Source of the DNA: Octopus sinensis
Taxonomy: Eukaryota
Direction: 5' to 3'
NCBI RefSeq assembly: GCF_006345805.1
Contig: NC_042999.1
Span: forward strand, 75,826,001-75,890,000
DNA length: 64,000 bases
The notes under the pieces are model-generated. The model had not been told where the DNA came from. It saw only the letters and a list, made by a program, of their open reading frames with translations, and searched no databases. A program made the translations under genes and the position numbers. This document shows, in pieces, positions 1-10,760 of this stretch. How positions within the stretch are numbered: the first letter of the stretch is position 1; each line of letters opens with the position of its first letter.

Positions 1-1444
1 CGTTTCTATCGTACTTTTCTTTCTTCCTCCCGCTTCTTCATTACTTTCTGTTTTACTTTCTTTCTTTTTCTTTCTTTTTCTTTCTTTCTTCCTCTCTCTC
101 ACTCTCTCTCTCTCTCCCTCTCCCTCTCTCTCTCTTCCCGCCTCCCTTATTCCTTCCCACTTTCACTATACCGTAGTGTCAGACTGTTTTACATGCTCCA
201 ATTCACTTCACTAGAAGAAATAATTATCAGAACTGCGATAGATCTCACTCTAGGCAAAGCATTTGTGTCTCACCTGGATAATGATACATTAAACTTGAAT
301 AATTAAATATAAGGTTTATGGACTACTATAAATTAAAAACCAGCTCAGTGAGCTATTAAGCTGTTAAATACTTACATGAAGCTAACGCATAGATATGAAA
401 GCAAATGGTAACACTGGTCTAAAGCACATGGTTTCCTAGATGGACTATAAGTTTTATAGATAGACTTCAAAGTTGTTTTCAGTTGTATGTTCTTGAAATA
501 TTAATCATATTTGTAATAAGTTTTTAGTTTACATATTTGCTTAGATCATTACTATTTAATCACGCCTTTTAAATTTGATTTTCTACAAGTGAATCCCAAC
601 AACGAACTATCAGAGTGAATCTCATAAAAATATACCAAATATACTTTGATGGTTCGCGCGCGCGCGTATATGTGTGGATGTGTGTATGTGTGTGAGTGTG
701 TGTGTGTATGTATAACCAGATCAAGCAGTAGATACAATATCAAATCGGTTCTGCTTGCTGAAGTGCTGAATATGACTGGTTGAACGAAAGAGACAATCAG
801 TACTTTTGACATATTCATAAGTTGTGAAGAAATAGTATCATACTGGATGTTGTTTTAAACATTATTGAGTTTAAGGCAAGTAACAGACACAAAATTGACT
901 AATCAACACTTCTATTTTGCACATAGACCAGTCCTATAGTGGACTAGCTTCCAGTGGTGATGAAATAGACAGCAGTGAATATGCAATAGGCTAACGTGCC
1001 AGACTTGTTGCAGCTTCAGTTTCTTATACCTGAAGAAAATTAAAGCAAAACTAATTAATAAGTTATCTCCGTCGAAAGAGAAGGTAGGTATTGTATCCTA
1101 ACATAACGTGTGAGTACCAATTGAATTCGACATTTCTATTTGGTAATGTGCTTTACAATGGATGGTTCTGCCGACGCAATAGCATCAGAATACAAATTTT
1201 TCAACATCCCCATTGCTGAATCTGTACATCCGTTTTTCATTAAAATCTGTATAGAGACCATAAAGTTATTGATATGCTAATAAATTTGCTAGCAGGGCTT
1301 ACAAAATGCTTTTGCTTATGGTGAAGAAATGTGGTACCATGAATCTCTATAAAAAATATTATAGACCACTTAGGTTAGTATATATTCTGTCACCAATTAT
1401 ATTACTAATTACCAAACGTGCACTTTAAAATAAGTGAAGGTTAT

Positions 1445-1612
1445 AGGCGTAGGAGTAGCTTTGTGGTAAGTAGCTTGCTTCCCAACCATATGGTTCCGGG
1501 TTCAGTCCCACTGCGTGGCACCTTGCGCAAGTGTCTTCTTCTATAGCCTCGGGCCGACTAAAGCATTGTGAGTGGATTTGGTAGATGGAAACTGAAAGAA
1601 GCCCGTTGTATA

Positions 1613-1700
<88 letters not shown>

Positions 1701-1920
1701 ATATGTTTGTGTGTCTGTTTGTACCTTCAACATCGCTTGACAACCGATGGTGGTGTGTTTACGTCCTCGTAACTTAGCGGTTCGGCAAAAGAGACCGATT
1801 GAATAAGTACTAGGCTTACAAGTCCTGAGGTCGATTTGCTCAACTAAAAGGCGGTGCTCCAGCATGGCCACAATCAAATGACTGAAACAAGTAAAAGAGT
1901 AAAATAGTAAAGAGCGAGTT
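1445..1920 (+). mobile_element. tRNA-derived SINE (family A), full length with internal (TA)n/(TG)n tract
   Basis: Pol III-like head (TGTGGTAAG...GGTTCAGTCCCA), internal microsatellite and tail GGCGGTGCTCCAGCATGGCCAC...CTGAAACAAGTAAAAGAGTAAAA. Homologous copies recur at about 24375, 31615, 36965, 40600 and 61215. Confidence 0.85.
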
Positions 1921-2485
1921 AACAATGCAATAGGTTTTCACTCTGTTTTCTACATTTCTAAAATCGTGATCTTTGCTTTTCTGTTTTGTAATTACGTATA
2001 CACTGTTTCTTTAGTTGCGATAATTGGCATCTTTTGCTCATTATGTCTTCTTCAGATTTTGTGATAAAAACTTGATTTCATATAACCCTGCGATTTCGAT
2101 TTTCAATAAAGGACTGACTGGATGGTATTAATATGATTTATGTACAGGGGATGTAACACAAACTATTCCAGTGGGCCAGTAGAAATACTTTTAAGAAAAA
2201 AGTCAAGGAAACTGGTGGCAGGCTAGTCCAAAAACTGAATAAAGTTAATTCCACATGATTGTGTAAGTTAGTATGTCATGAGGCGAAAATGATGCTGAAA
2301 ATGCATGTAAAGTTCAATAATTCATCTTTCTCTCTCTCTCTCTGACCTCCATCTCTTTCTTTGACCTCCCTCCCTCCTTCAAACCTCCAACTCTCTCTTT
2401 AACCTTCATCTTTCTTTCACTTTCTCATCTCCATTTCTCTCTTTCTCTCTCAAACGAAGAGTTACTCGCGAACTGATCTAGAGTT

Positions 2486-2797
2486 ATGAACTTCTCAGTT
2501 AATAAATACGACCTCAGTTCGATCTCACCACCTTCTAGTATACTTAATAGACAAGAACTGGATTATAATGCAGTAGTTAAAAGCGAAAATTACGTCGATT
2601 TTGCCTCTGATAATGTTTTTGTTGTTGTTCTTTTAGTTACTGTGCTTTGTTTTTCTTTTCTTATATTTTGGAATATCTTTCATGTTATGACTTTCAACAA
2701 CTTTTACGATAGCACTTATTGGACAGGACAGATTACAAAGAATTCAAAAGACGAAAAACACGAAAAAAGACGACAAAGTATGAGTAGAAAAAAATGA
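2486..2797 (+). CDS. Candidate 103-aa single-pass membrane protein (unassigned)
   Basis: Non-repetitive ORF with an N-terminal NFS sequon, one hydrophobic segment (VFVVVLLVTVLCFSFLIFWNIF) and a basic C-terminal tail. It is preceded by a pyrimidine tract ending in AG at 2458-2459. No homology recognised. Confidence 0.3.
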   Translation: MNFSVNKYDLSSISPPSSILNRQELDYNAVVKSENYVDFASDNVFVVVLLVTVLCFSFLIFWNIFHVMTFNNFYDSTYWTGQITKNSKDEKHEKRRQSMSRKK

Positions 2798-3479
2798 ACG
2801 AAAATATAAAATAGAAGCCAACCAATTTACTTATAAGTAATAGATTTACTAAAGTTACACTCTAAAGAACTTTGGAATGAATGCCAGGCAACAGAAAGAC
2901 AATAGAAATGAATTCTTTCTGTGAAAGAAAGAAAAAGAGCGACCGAAGTTCATTAAGTATCTTCGTACTATTCCAAAATGCCGAAAGATTATTTAGTTTG
3001 AATTTTAAAGTTTGTGGGCCTTAAATTAGTAATTAATTTGCTCAAAATAATTCAGAATGAAGAAAAAATAAAGAAGAAAAAAAGAAGCAAACGATAAAAG
3101 TAGAAAATGATATAGCATTAGTAGTATAACGTCTTGGTTATGGTGCTACTGGAGATGATGATGACGGTAATATATGGAAATTGATCTTATATGGTTTCTA
3201 TTCCTGAAAAAATTACTGGCAAGTAATTCTTGTAAACAATACTCGATAACATTTCATTTGCACCCAAAATAATAGGCAAACATGTTACAACTGGCTCTTT
3301 TCTTAAGAAAGATGATTTTCTTTTTTTTTTTTTTTCCTGTTAACTTTAAGTCCCATTTCATCATCTACGTTTACTCCTACTACTGCTTCTAATGAGATTT
3401 CTAGTTTTGGCAAAAGGCAATACATTTTGGGGAGTGATGCAGTCGATTTAATCCATCCCAATTGAAAGCATAATTATTT

Positions 3480-3539
3480 TTAATAATAATAAAAATGATG
3501 ATGACAATATTATTATTGTTATTGTTACTATTATTATTA

Positions 3540-3596
<57 letters not shown>

Positions 3597-3647
3597 GTTA
3601 TTATCATTATTATTATTATCATTATTATTATCATTATTATTATCATT

Positions 3648-3712
<65 letters not shown>
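3480..3712. repeat. Compound (ATT)n/(ATC)n microsatellite
   Basis: Directly visible. Confidence 0.95.
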
Positions 3713-3713
<1 letters not shown>

Positions 3714-4227
3714 TGTTCAGGGCCGCGCGTACATTTTCGCCTGAATGTGAGTTTTCACTGGATGACCATTTTACACTTGTTAACTTTAAAATTTTTATTG
3801 TTTCTTTTGCTTTGCATTTTCTTTGACTTTTTATAAAAAAACTATTTTGTTATGTTAAAAGCTGAAATTCATCCGACCTCACTTAAACTTTAATTGTTAC
3901 TACCACTATTACCATCGCCACCACCATCACCCCCAACACAAACGCCACCACTACTGTCATATCCATACAAAAATACAAACAGATGCAATTCAACTAATCT
4001 GACATGAAGTGATATTCTAGGTTTTCATGTGTAATTTTAAATATTCCGCTACGAAGTTCATTTTATTATAGAATATGGTTATTTGAGTACACATTGTTTT
4101 TGCACAAGTGCCAAGCAAACTTGATCTTCACGCACCGACTCTAACTCAAAGAAGGGATATTTTTTCGAACATGTGTATTGACAAACACTATGCAACACAT
4201 CCAAATGTTTATAGATGTATGTTTAAA

Positions 4228-4305
<78 letters not shown>

Positions 4306-4435
4306 GCAGCCAAAAAAAACTTTTTTAAAACTATTTCTAATACTTAAAGAAAACCTCTCTCATATAGTGTTTGCTCAATTCAACTCACGAAAGTATGGGG
4401 GTAGAGACATTAAAAAATCAAATGCAAAGGTTATT

Positions 4436-4488
4436 TGAGAACGTACGTTTCAAGATTAGTCAAACTCGACACTTCTATCATCAGCTCA
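4436..4488 (-). ncRNA. Type I hammerhead ribozyme, array copy L1
   Basis: Minus strand reads UGAG-CUGAUGA-(stem II, aga/ucu and guc/gac pairs)-GAAA-CGUACG-UU/CUCA. Helix I is UGAG/CUCA, helix III is palindromic and the cleavage triplet is GUU. Confidence 0.8.
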
Positions 4489-4993
4489 GAACTCCCTGGT
4501 TTGGATTTGAAAACACTGAAAGTGGGAGCATACCCTTTCGGCTTCTTATCGCTTCTGAAGATCTGCTCGAAACTAACAGTGCCAGCAAACTCAAATATGC
4601 AAGCGAAGAATTTCTGCTCTCCCCTTTCACCAGCGTGGGTTAAAATCAGCAAACACTATGCTTTTTTCGGTAAAATCCTAGGCATTAAATAGAGAGAGAT
4701 GAATTATAATTTCATCAATTGAGGGTAAAATTAATTAATTAATCAATTTCACCAAGTATTCAGTATGCAAAGGGACCATTTAAGGCGAATTCAAATTATT
4801 ACATTATATAAAAGGGCTTAGTAAAATAAATTACTTTGCCGCATACTGAACTCATTAGAAATAGCAGCCAAAAAAAACTTTTTTAAAACTATTTCTAATA
4901 CTTAAAGAAAACCTCTCTCATATAGTGTTTGCTCAATTCAACTCACGAAAGTATGGGGGTAGAGACATTAAAAAATCAAATGCAAAGGTTATT

Positions 4994-5046
4994 TGAGAAC
5001 GTACGTTTCAAGATTAGTCAAACTCGACACTTCTATCATCAGCTCA
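4994..5046 (-). ncRNA. Type I hammerhead ribozyme, array copy L2
   Basis: Same sequence as L1, at +558. Confidence 0.8.
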
Positions 5047-5844
5047 GAACTCCCTGGTTTGGATTTGAAAACACTGAAAGTGGGAGCATACCCTTTCGGC
5101 TTCTTATCGCTTCTGAAGATCTGCTCGAAACTAACAGTGCCAGCAAACTCAAATATGCAAGCGAAGAATTTCTGCTCTCCCCTTTCACCAGCGTGGGTTA
5201 AAATCAGCAAACACTATGCTTTTTCGGTAAAATCCTAGGCATTAAATAGAGAGAGATGAATTATAATTTCATCAATTGAGGGTAAAATTAATTAATTAAT
5301 CAATTTCACCAAGTATTCAGTATGCAAAGGGACCATTTAAGGCGAATTCAAATTATTACATTATATAAAAGGGCTTAGTAAAATAAATTACTTTGCCGCA
5401 TACTGAACTCATTAGAAATAGCAGCCAAAAAAAAACTTTTTTAAAACTATTTCTAATACTTAAAGAAAACCTCTCTCATATAGTTCAGTATGCGGCAAAG
5501 TAATTTATTTTACTAAGCCCTTTTATATAATGTAATAATTTGAATTCGCCTTAAATGGTCCCTTTGCATACTGAATACTTGGTGAAATTGATTAATTAAT
5601 TAATTTTACCCTCAATTGTTGAAATTATAATTCATCTCTCTCTATTAATGCCTAGGATTTTACCGAAAAAAGCATAGGTTTGCTGATTTTAACCCACGCT
5701 GGTGGAAAGGGGAGAGCAGAAATTCTTCGCTTGCATATTTGAGTTTGCTGGCACTGTTAGTTTCGAGCAGATCTTCAGAAGCGATAAGAAGCCGAAAGGG
5801 TATGCTCCCACTTTCAGTGTTTTCAAATCCAACCAGGGGAGTTC

Positions 5845-5897
5845 TGAGCTGATGATAGAAGTATCGAGTTTGACTAATCTTGAAACGTACGTTCTCA
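5845..5897 (+). ncRNA. Type I hammerhead ribozyme, array copy R1
   Basis: TGAG CTGATGA tagaagtatcgagtttgactaatctt GAAA CGTACG TT CTCA. Confidence 0.8.
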
Positions 5898-6399
5898 AAT
5901 AACCTTTGCATTGATTTTTTTTTTTAATGTCTCTACCCCCATACTTCGTGAGTTGAATTGAGCAAACACTATATGAGAGAGGTTTTCTTTAAGTATTAGA
6001 AATAGTTTTAAAAAAGTTTTTTTTGGCTGCTATTTCTAATGAGTTCAGTATGCGGCAAAGTAATTTATTTTACTAAGCCCTTTTATATAATGTAATAATT
6101 TGAATTCGCCTTAAATGGTCCCTTTGCATACTGAATACTTGGTGAAATGATTAATTAATTAATTTTACCCTCAATTGTTGAATTATAATTCATCTTCTCT
6201 ATTAATGCCTAGGATTTTACCGAAAAAAGCATAGTGTTTGCTGATTTTAACCCACGCTGGTGGAAAGGGGAGAGCAGAATTCTTCGCTTGCATATTGAGT
6301 TTGCTGGCACTGTTAGTTTCGAGCAGATCTTCAGAAGCGATAAGAAGCCGAAAGGGTATGCTCCCACTTTCAGTGTTTTCAAATCCAAACAGGGAGTTC

Positions 6400-6452
6400 T
6401 GAGCTGATGATAGAAGTATCGAGTTTGACTAATCTTGAAACGTACGTTCTCA
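6400..6452 (+). ncRNA. Type I hammerhead ribozyme, array copy R2
   Basis: Same motif as R1. Confidence 0.8.
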
Positions 6453-6948
6453 AATAACCTTTGCATTTGATTTTTTAATGTCTCTACCCCATACTTTCGT
6501 GAGTTGAATTGAGCAAACACTTATGAGAGAGGTTTTCTTTAAGTATTAGAAATAGTTTAAAAAAGTTTTTTTGGCTGCATTTTAATGAGTTCAGTATGCG
6601 GCAAAGTAATTATTTTACTAAGCCCTTTTTATAATGTAATAATTTGAATTCGCTTTAAATGGTCCCTTTGCATACTGAATACTTGGTGAAATTGATTAAT
6701 TAATTAATTTTACCCTCAATTGTTGAAATTATAATTCATCTCTCTTATTTAATGCCTAGGATTTTACCGAAAAAAGCATAGTGTTTGCTGATTTAAAACC
6801 ACGCTGGTGGAAAGGGGGAGCAGAAATTCTTCGCTTGCATATTTGAGTTTGCTGGCACTGTTAGTTTCGAGCAGATCTTCAGAAGCGATAAGAAGCCGAA
6901 AGGGTATGCTCCCACTTTCAGTGTTTTCAAATCCAAACCAGGGAGTTC

Positions 6949-7001
6949 TGAGCTGATGATAGAAGTGTCGAGTTTGACTAATCTTGAAACGTACGTTCTC
7001 A
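6949..7001 (+). ncRNA. Type I hammerhead ribozyme, array copy R3
   Basis: Same motif, GTGTC variant in stem II. Confidence 0.8.
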
Positions 7002-7498
7002 AATAACCTTTGCTTTGATTTTTTAATGTCTCTACCCCCATACTTCGTGAGTGAATTGAGCAAACACTATATGAGAGAGGTTTTCTTTAAGTATTAGAAA
7101 TAGTTTTAGAAATTTTTTTGGCTGCTATTTCTAATGAGTTCAGTATGCGGCAAAGTAATTTATTTACTAAGCCCTTTTATATAATGTAATAATTTGAATT
7201 CGCCTTAAATGGTCCCTTTGCATACTGAATACTTGGTGAAATTGATTAATTAATTAATTTTACCCTCAATTGTTGAAATTATAATTCATCTCTCTCTATT
7301 TAATGCCTAGGATTTTACCGAAAAAAGCATAGTGTTTGCTGATTTTAACCCCCTGGTGGAAAGGGGAGAGCAGAAATTCTTCGCTTGCATATTTGAGTTT
7401 GCTGGCACTGTTAGTTTCGAGCAGATCTTCAGAAGCGATAAGAAGCCGAAAGGGTATGCTCCCACTTTCAGTGTTTTCAAATCCAAACCAGGGAGTTC

Positions 7499-7551
7499 TG
7501 AGCTGATGATAGAAGTGTCGAGTTTGACTAATCTTGAAACGTACGTTCTCA
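7499..7551 (+). ncRNA. Type I hammerhead ribozyme, array copy R4
   Basis: Same motif as R3. Confidence 0.8.
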
Positions 7552-7830
7552 AATAACCTTTGCATTTGATTTTTTAATGTCTCTACCCCCATACTTTCGT
7601 GAGTTGAATTGAGCAAACACTATATGAGAGAGGTTTTCTTTAAGTATTAGAAATAGTTTTAAAAAAGTTTTTTTGGCTGCTATTTCTAATGAGTTCAGTA
7701 TGCGGCAAAGTAATTTATTTTACTAAGCCCTTTATATAATGTAATAATTTGAATTCGCCTTAAATGGTCCCTTTGCATACTGAATACTTGGTGAAATTGA
7801 TTAATTAATTAATTTTACCCTCAATTGTTG

Positions 7831-7833
<3 letters not shown>

Positions 7834-7865
<32 letters not shown>

Positions 7866-8003
7866 TATCCACATAATATATCGATATATATATATATATA
7901 TATACATACACACCCACACACACATATATATATATATATAATACACATATATATATAATACATACACATATATATACATGTATAAATACATATACATATA
8001 CAT

Positions 8004-8060
<57 letters not shown>

Positions 8061-8417
8061 TATATATACATATATATATATACATACAATATATATATAT
8101 ACAAACGTATACATACATATATATATACATACATATACATACATATATCCATATATATGCATATATATACACACATATATATACATATATATACATACAT
8201 ATATACGTATATATATATGTATATACATATATACATACATACACACACACACACATATATATATATATACATACATATATATATACATATATATATATAC
8301 ATATATTATATATATATATGCACATATATATATACACATATATATATATACGTGTATATACATATATATATATATGCACATATATATACACATATACATA
8401 TATATATATACATACAT
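7834..8417. repeat. Compound (TA)n/(CA)n/(TACA)n microsatellite
   Basis: Directly visible. It explains the YIYI/VCVY ORFs. Confidence 0.95.
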
Positions 8418-8434
8418 ACTTAGTTCTTACATTA

Positions 8435-8527
8435 TGACTGGGTTATAATGCAGCTACTCAGCAACTCAAATGTGCACGTAAAATACTTTGATTTTGCAAA
8501 AGCTTTTGACAAACTGGATCATGGCAA
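8435..8527 (+). mobile_element. Short CR1/L2-group RT fragment
   Basis: Translates to [30 protein letters not shown] (RT motif). Confidence 0.7.
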
Positions 8528-8529
8528 GA

Positions 8530-10090
8530 GGTATCGTTATTCATGTCGATACCCAGGTCCTTTACTGATTTAGGCTCTGAGATTGTAATTCCCTGTGGAC
8601 CAGTGTACCCCGTAAGTTTCAGATTCACTTTTCGATGCTGGTAGCGCAGGGTTTGGAATTATTCAGCATTAAACTGCATACTATTATCCTCAGCCCATCT
8701 GTAAATAGAGTCCAACTCCTGCTGCAGATGTGCAACATCGCTGGGGTTCTGTATTTCCTGCGAGGCTAGCGTATCGTCTGTGTAGCTTGCAAGGTTGGCT
8801 ATCCAGGCACTCGATGTCATATCTGAGAGGGCCACTATAAAAAGCAGTGGTCCCAAGACAGTGCCCTGTGGAACATCACTCACTATTTATGTTTTCATTG
8901 AGGTGGCTCCATTGGCCTCTACTGCTTGACTTCTATCTTTCAGAAAGTCGTGTAACCACTCTCCAAATTTTCCAGCTATGCCGAGATCACGCAGTTTGTG
9001 GTATATCATACCATGATCTTGTTTGTTAAAAGCTTTTGCAAAATCAAAATATGTTACGTGCATATTTGATTTGTTGAATAACTGCCTCAACACCCAGTCA
9101 TAATGATGTAAGAGCTGGGTCAGGCAGTTCCTACCTGGTCGAAAGCTATGCTAGGTATCACCCGGCTAGTTATTTTCTTCAAGGAATGCGATAGTTTCCC
9201 TCTGACTTTCCGTTCCATCACTTTGCTGATGTGTGAAGTGAGAGAGATAGGTCTATAGTTTTTGGCATCTGCTCTGCTTCCCTCTTTATGGATTGGGCAT
9301 ATTATTCCCTCATTCAGCTTGCTTAGCAATCTGCCATTTGCAAGAAATCTCTGGAAGAGAATCTGGAGGGGTTTTGCCAGGGCATGCTTACACGATTTGA
9401 GGAGGATTGCTGGGAAACCAGCAGTTGATTTCGTCGCTAATGTCGATGTATGCCATCGTACCTGCCTCGCTGGTCACAGGTGAGGCGGCAAAGTAGGCCA
9501 CTAGTTCGTTCACTTGTCTGAGTTCCAACGGGATGCTAAAGACACTTTTGAACTGTTCATTCAGTACCTCACTGATGCTAGCTGGACTGTCTGCGAGGGA
9601 GCCATCCTTTTGGAAGAAGGGTTCTATCTTGTAGCGTAATGAGACATATTTCTGGCATATGGCTTGCACAACAGACATGAAACATTCTAGTTTCATGTCA
9701 AAATCTGGTTTGGAGAGACAGTTCGGCCAGTCCTCTCTGAGGATCTCTTTTTGGATCGATTTCCAGTCTGTTTTGTGGAAGTTCAGATTGGAGATATTTC
9801 GGGTGCTTCCTTTAGGCTGTATGTCTCTGGTTACTTTCAGCCCAAACATAGACAGCTCAATTATGTTGTGATCCGAGACTAATGTCGACGTCACTTTCAC
9901 ATCATAAATTATGTCCATATTGTTCGTGAAGCAGAGATCCAGAATGTTATTTGCCCTAGTTGGTCTGAGTAAAGCTTGCTCCATGAATAGGGCATTGGTG
10001 AGGTTGAGCAAGGACTCCACCTGTGCTTGCTTGCAATGAGTCATTCCTGACAGCATGAGACCTTCTAGCCATTTGACGTGTGGGAAGTTG
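8530..10090 (-). mobile_element. CR1/L2-group LINE remnant (C-terminal APE endonuclease plus RT), frameshifted
   Basis: ORFs contain TRANNILDLCFTN...SDHNII (APE C-terminus), NYRPISLTS, YFDFAKAF, VPQGTVLGPLLF and SYTDDT. Confidence 0.9.
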
Positions 10091-10184
10091 AAATCAAAAA
10101 ATTCTAGAAAAAATTCTCAGCTACCAGCGGTCTAGCGAGAAAGAAAAGATAGTCATTTTTACAGAATGTGATGGATGTGTATAA

Positions 10185-10683
10185 TAATTTTTTGCTACCC
10201 TTATATTTATTAATTAATGATTTTTTTACTAATTTTGAAATTAAATCAGCAGTTTATATTTGCTGCTGAGAAGACCGCGCGATTGCGGTAGATTTTGAAA
10301 ATTTATAGCATATAGACTGGAGGCTTCCTTACCATCGCCTCGTGGATATATACTCGTCCTTGGCTTCTCTGCTGACGAGGCACGCCAGTTGTAAACAAAT
10401 CTAATTTAATTTAATAAATTTGTTTGCAAAGTTTGCCGAAACTATGCATAGTCCAGAGATGAAAGGGGTAAACGTTTTTATTTCTCTTTCAATTTCAGAA
10501 TTACAACTCTTAGCGGTTTGAGTTTGGCTGCTCTTTCTAGTGAGTCGAATGTCCTATTATGGCCATTCCTTATAATTTTGAATGTATATTATATAGCCTT
10601 TGACTATCTTTTCTTTCTCGCTAGACCGCTGGTAGCGGAGAATTTTTTCTAGAATTTTTTGCTACCCTTATATTTATTAATTA
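10185..10683 (+). mobile_element. Non-autonomous HHR-bearing element, about 467-nt unit with about 30-nt terminal redundancy
   Basis: TTTTTTGCTACCCTTATATTTATTAATTA occurs at both ends (GCTACCC at 10194 and 10661). The element has an internal HHR and runs into (TA)n at its 3' end. Confidence 0.65.
10366..10459 (+). ncRNA. Type I hammerhead ribozyme, canonical core
   Basis: TCTCTG CTGACGA GGCA...(extended stem II with gtaaacaaat/atttgtttgc)...TGCC GAAA CTATGCATAG TC CAGAGA. 6-bp helix I, palindromic helix III and GUC site. Confidence 0.9.
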
Positions 10684-10686
10684 CAA

Positions 10687-10759
<73 letters not shown>

Positions 10760-10760
<1 letters not shown>

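Larger units (their letters stand above)
4302..5484 (-). repeat. Left arm of 558-bp HHR-bearing tandem array (about 2.1 monomers, HHR on minus strand)
   Basis: Unit start AATAGCAGCC at about 4302, 4860 and 5418. The two complete copies are essentially identical, with ORF track entries repeating at +558. Confidence 0.95.
5482..7833 (+). repeat. Right arm of 558-bp HHR-bearing tandem array (about 4.2 monomers, HHR on plus strand)
   Basis: Reverse complement of the left-arm unit, with a period of about 550-555 because of scattered 1-nt deletions. Ends in (TA)n at 7834. Confidence 0.95.

Noticed and set aside
1030-1300. Possible ancient LINE RT trace on the minus strand (ILMKNGCTD...LKNLYSD)
   Set aside because: Only one short, weak motif. 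Similar weak traces at about 18.7k, 21.0k, 35.9k and 40.2-40.4k were not called as features.
3401-3836. Poly-Met/Ile/Leu ORFs, also at 25.6k and 41.4k
   Set aside because: They are trinucleotide microsatellites.
4371-7616. Repeated 70-106-aa ORFs (MLNSTHESMGVE..., MRTYVSRLVKL...) as a tandem gene family
   Set aside because: They recur only because the DNA unit is repeated. They overlap in three frames on both strands, are frameshifted between copies and show no recognisable motif.
4302-7833. CRISPR-like or plain satellite interpretation, and simple fold-back read artefact
   Set aside because: There are no unique spacers. The flanks are not mirrored and the arms differ by shared substitutions, so a pure fold-back artefact is unlikely, though not excluded without reads.
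7801-8448. Long [12 protein letters not shown] ORFs here and at 28.7k, 33-34k, 49.7-50.4k, 56k and 63k
   Set aside because: They are translations of (TA)n/(CA)n/(TACA)n/(TCTA)n microsatellites.
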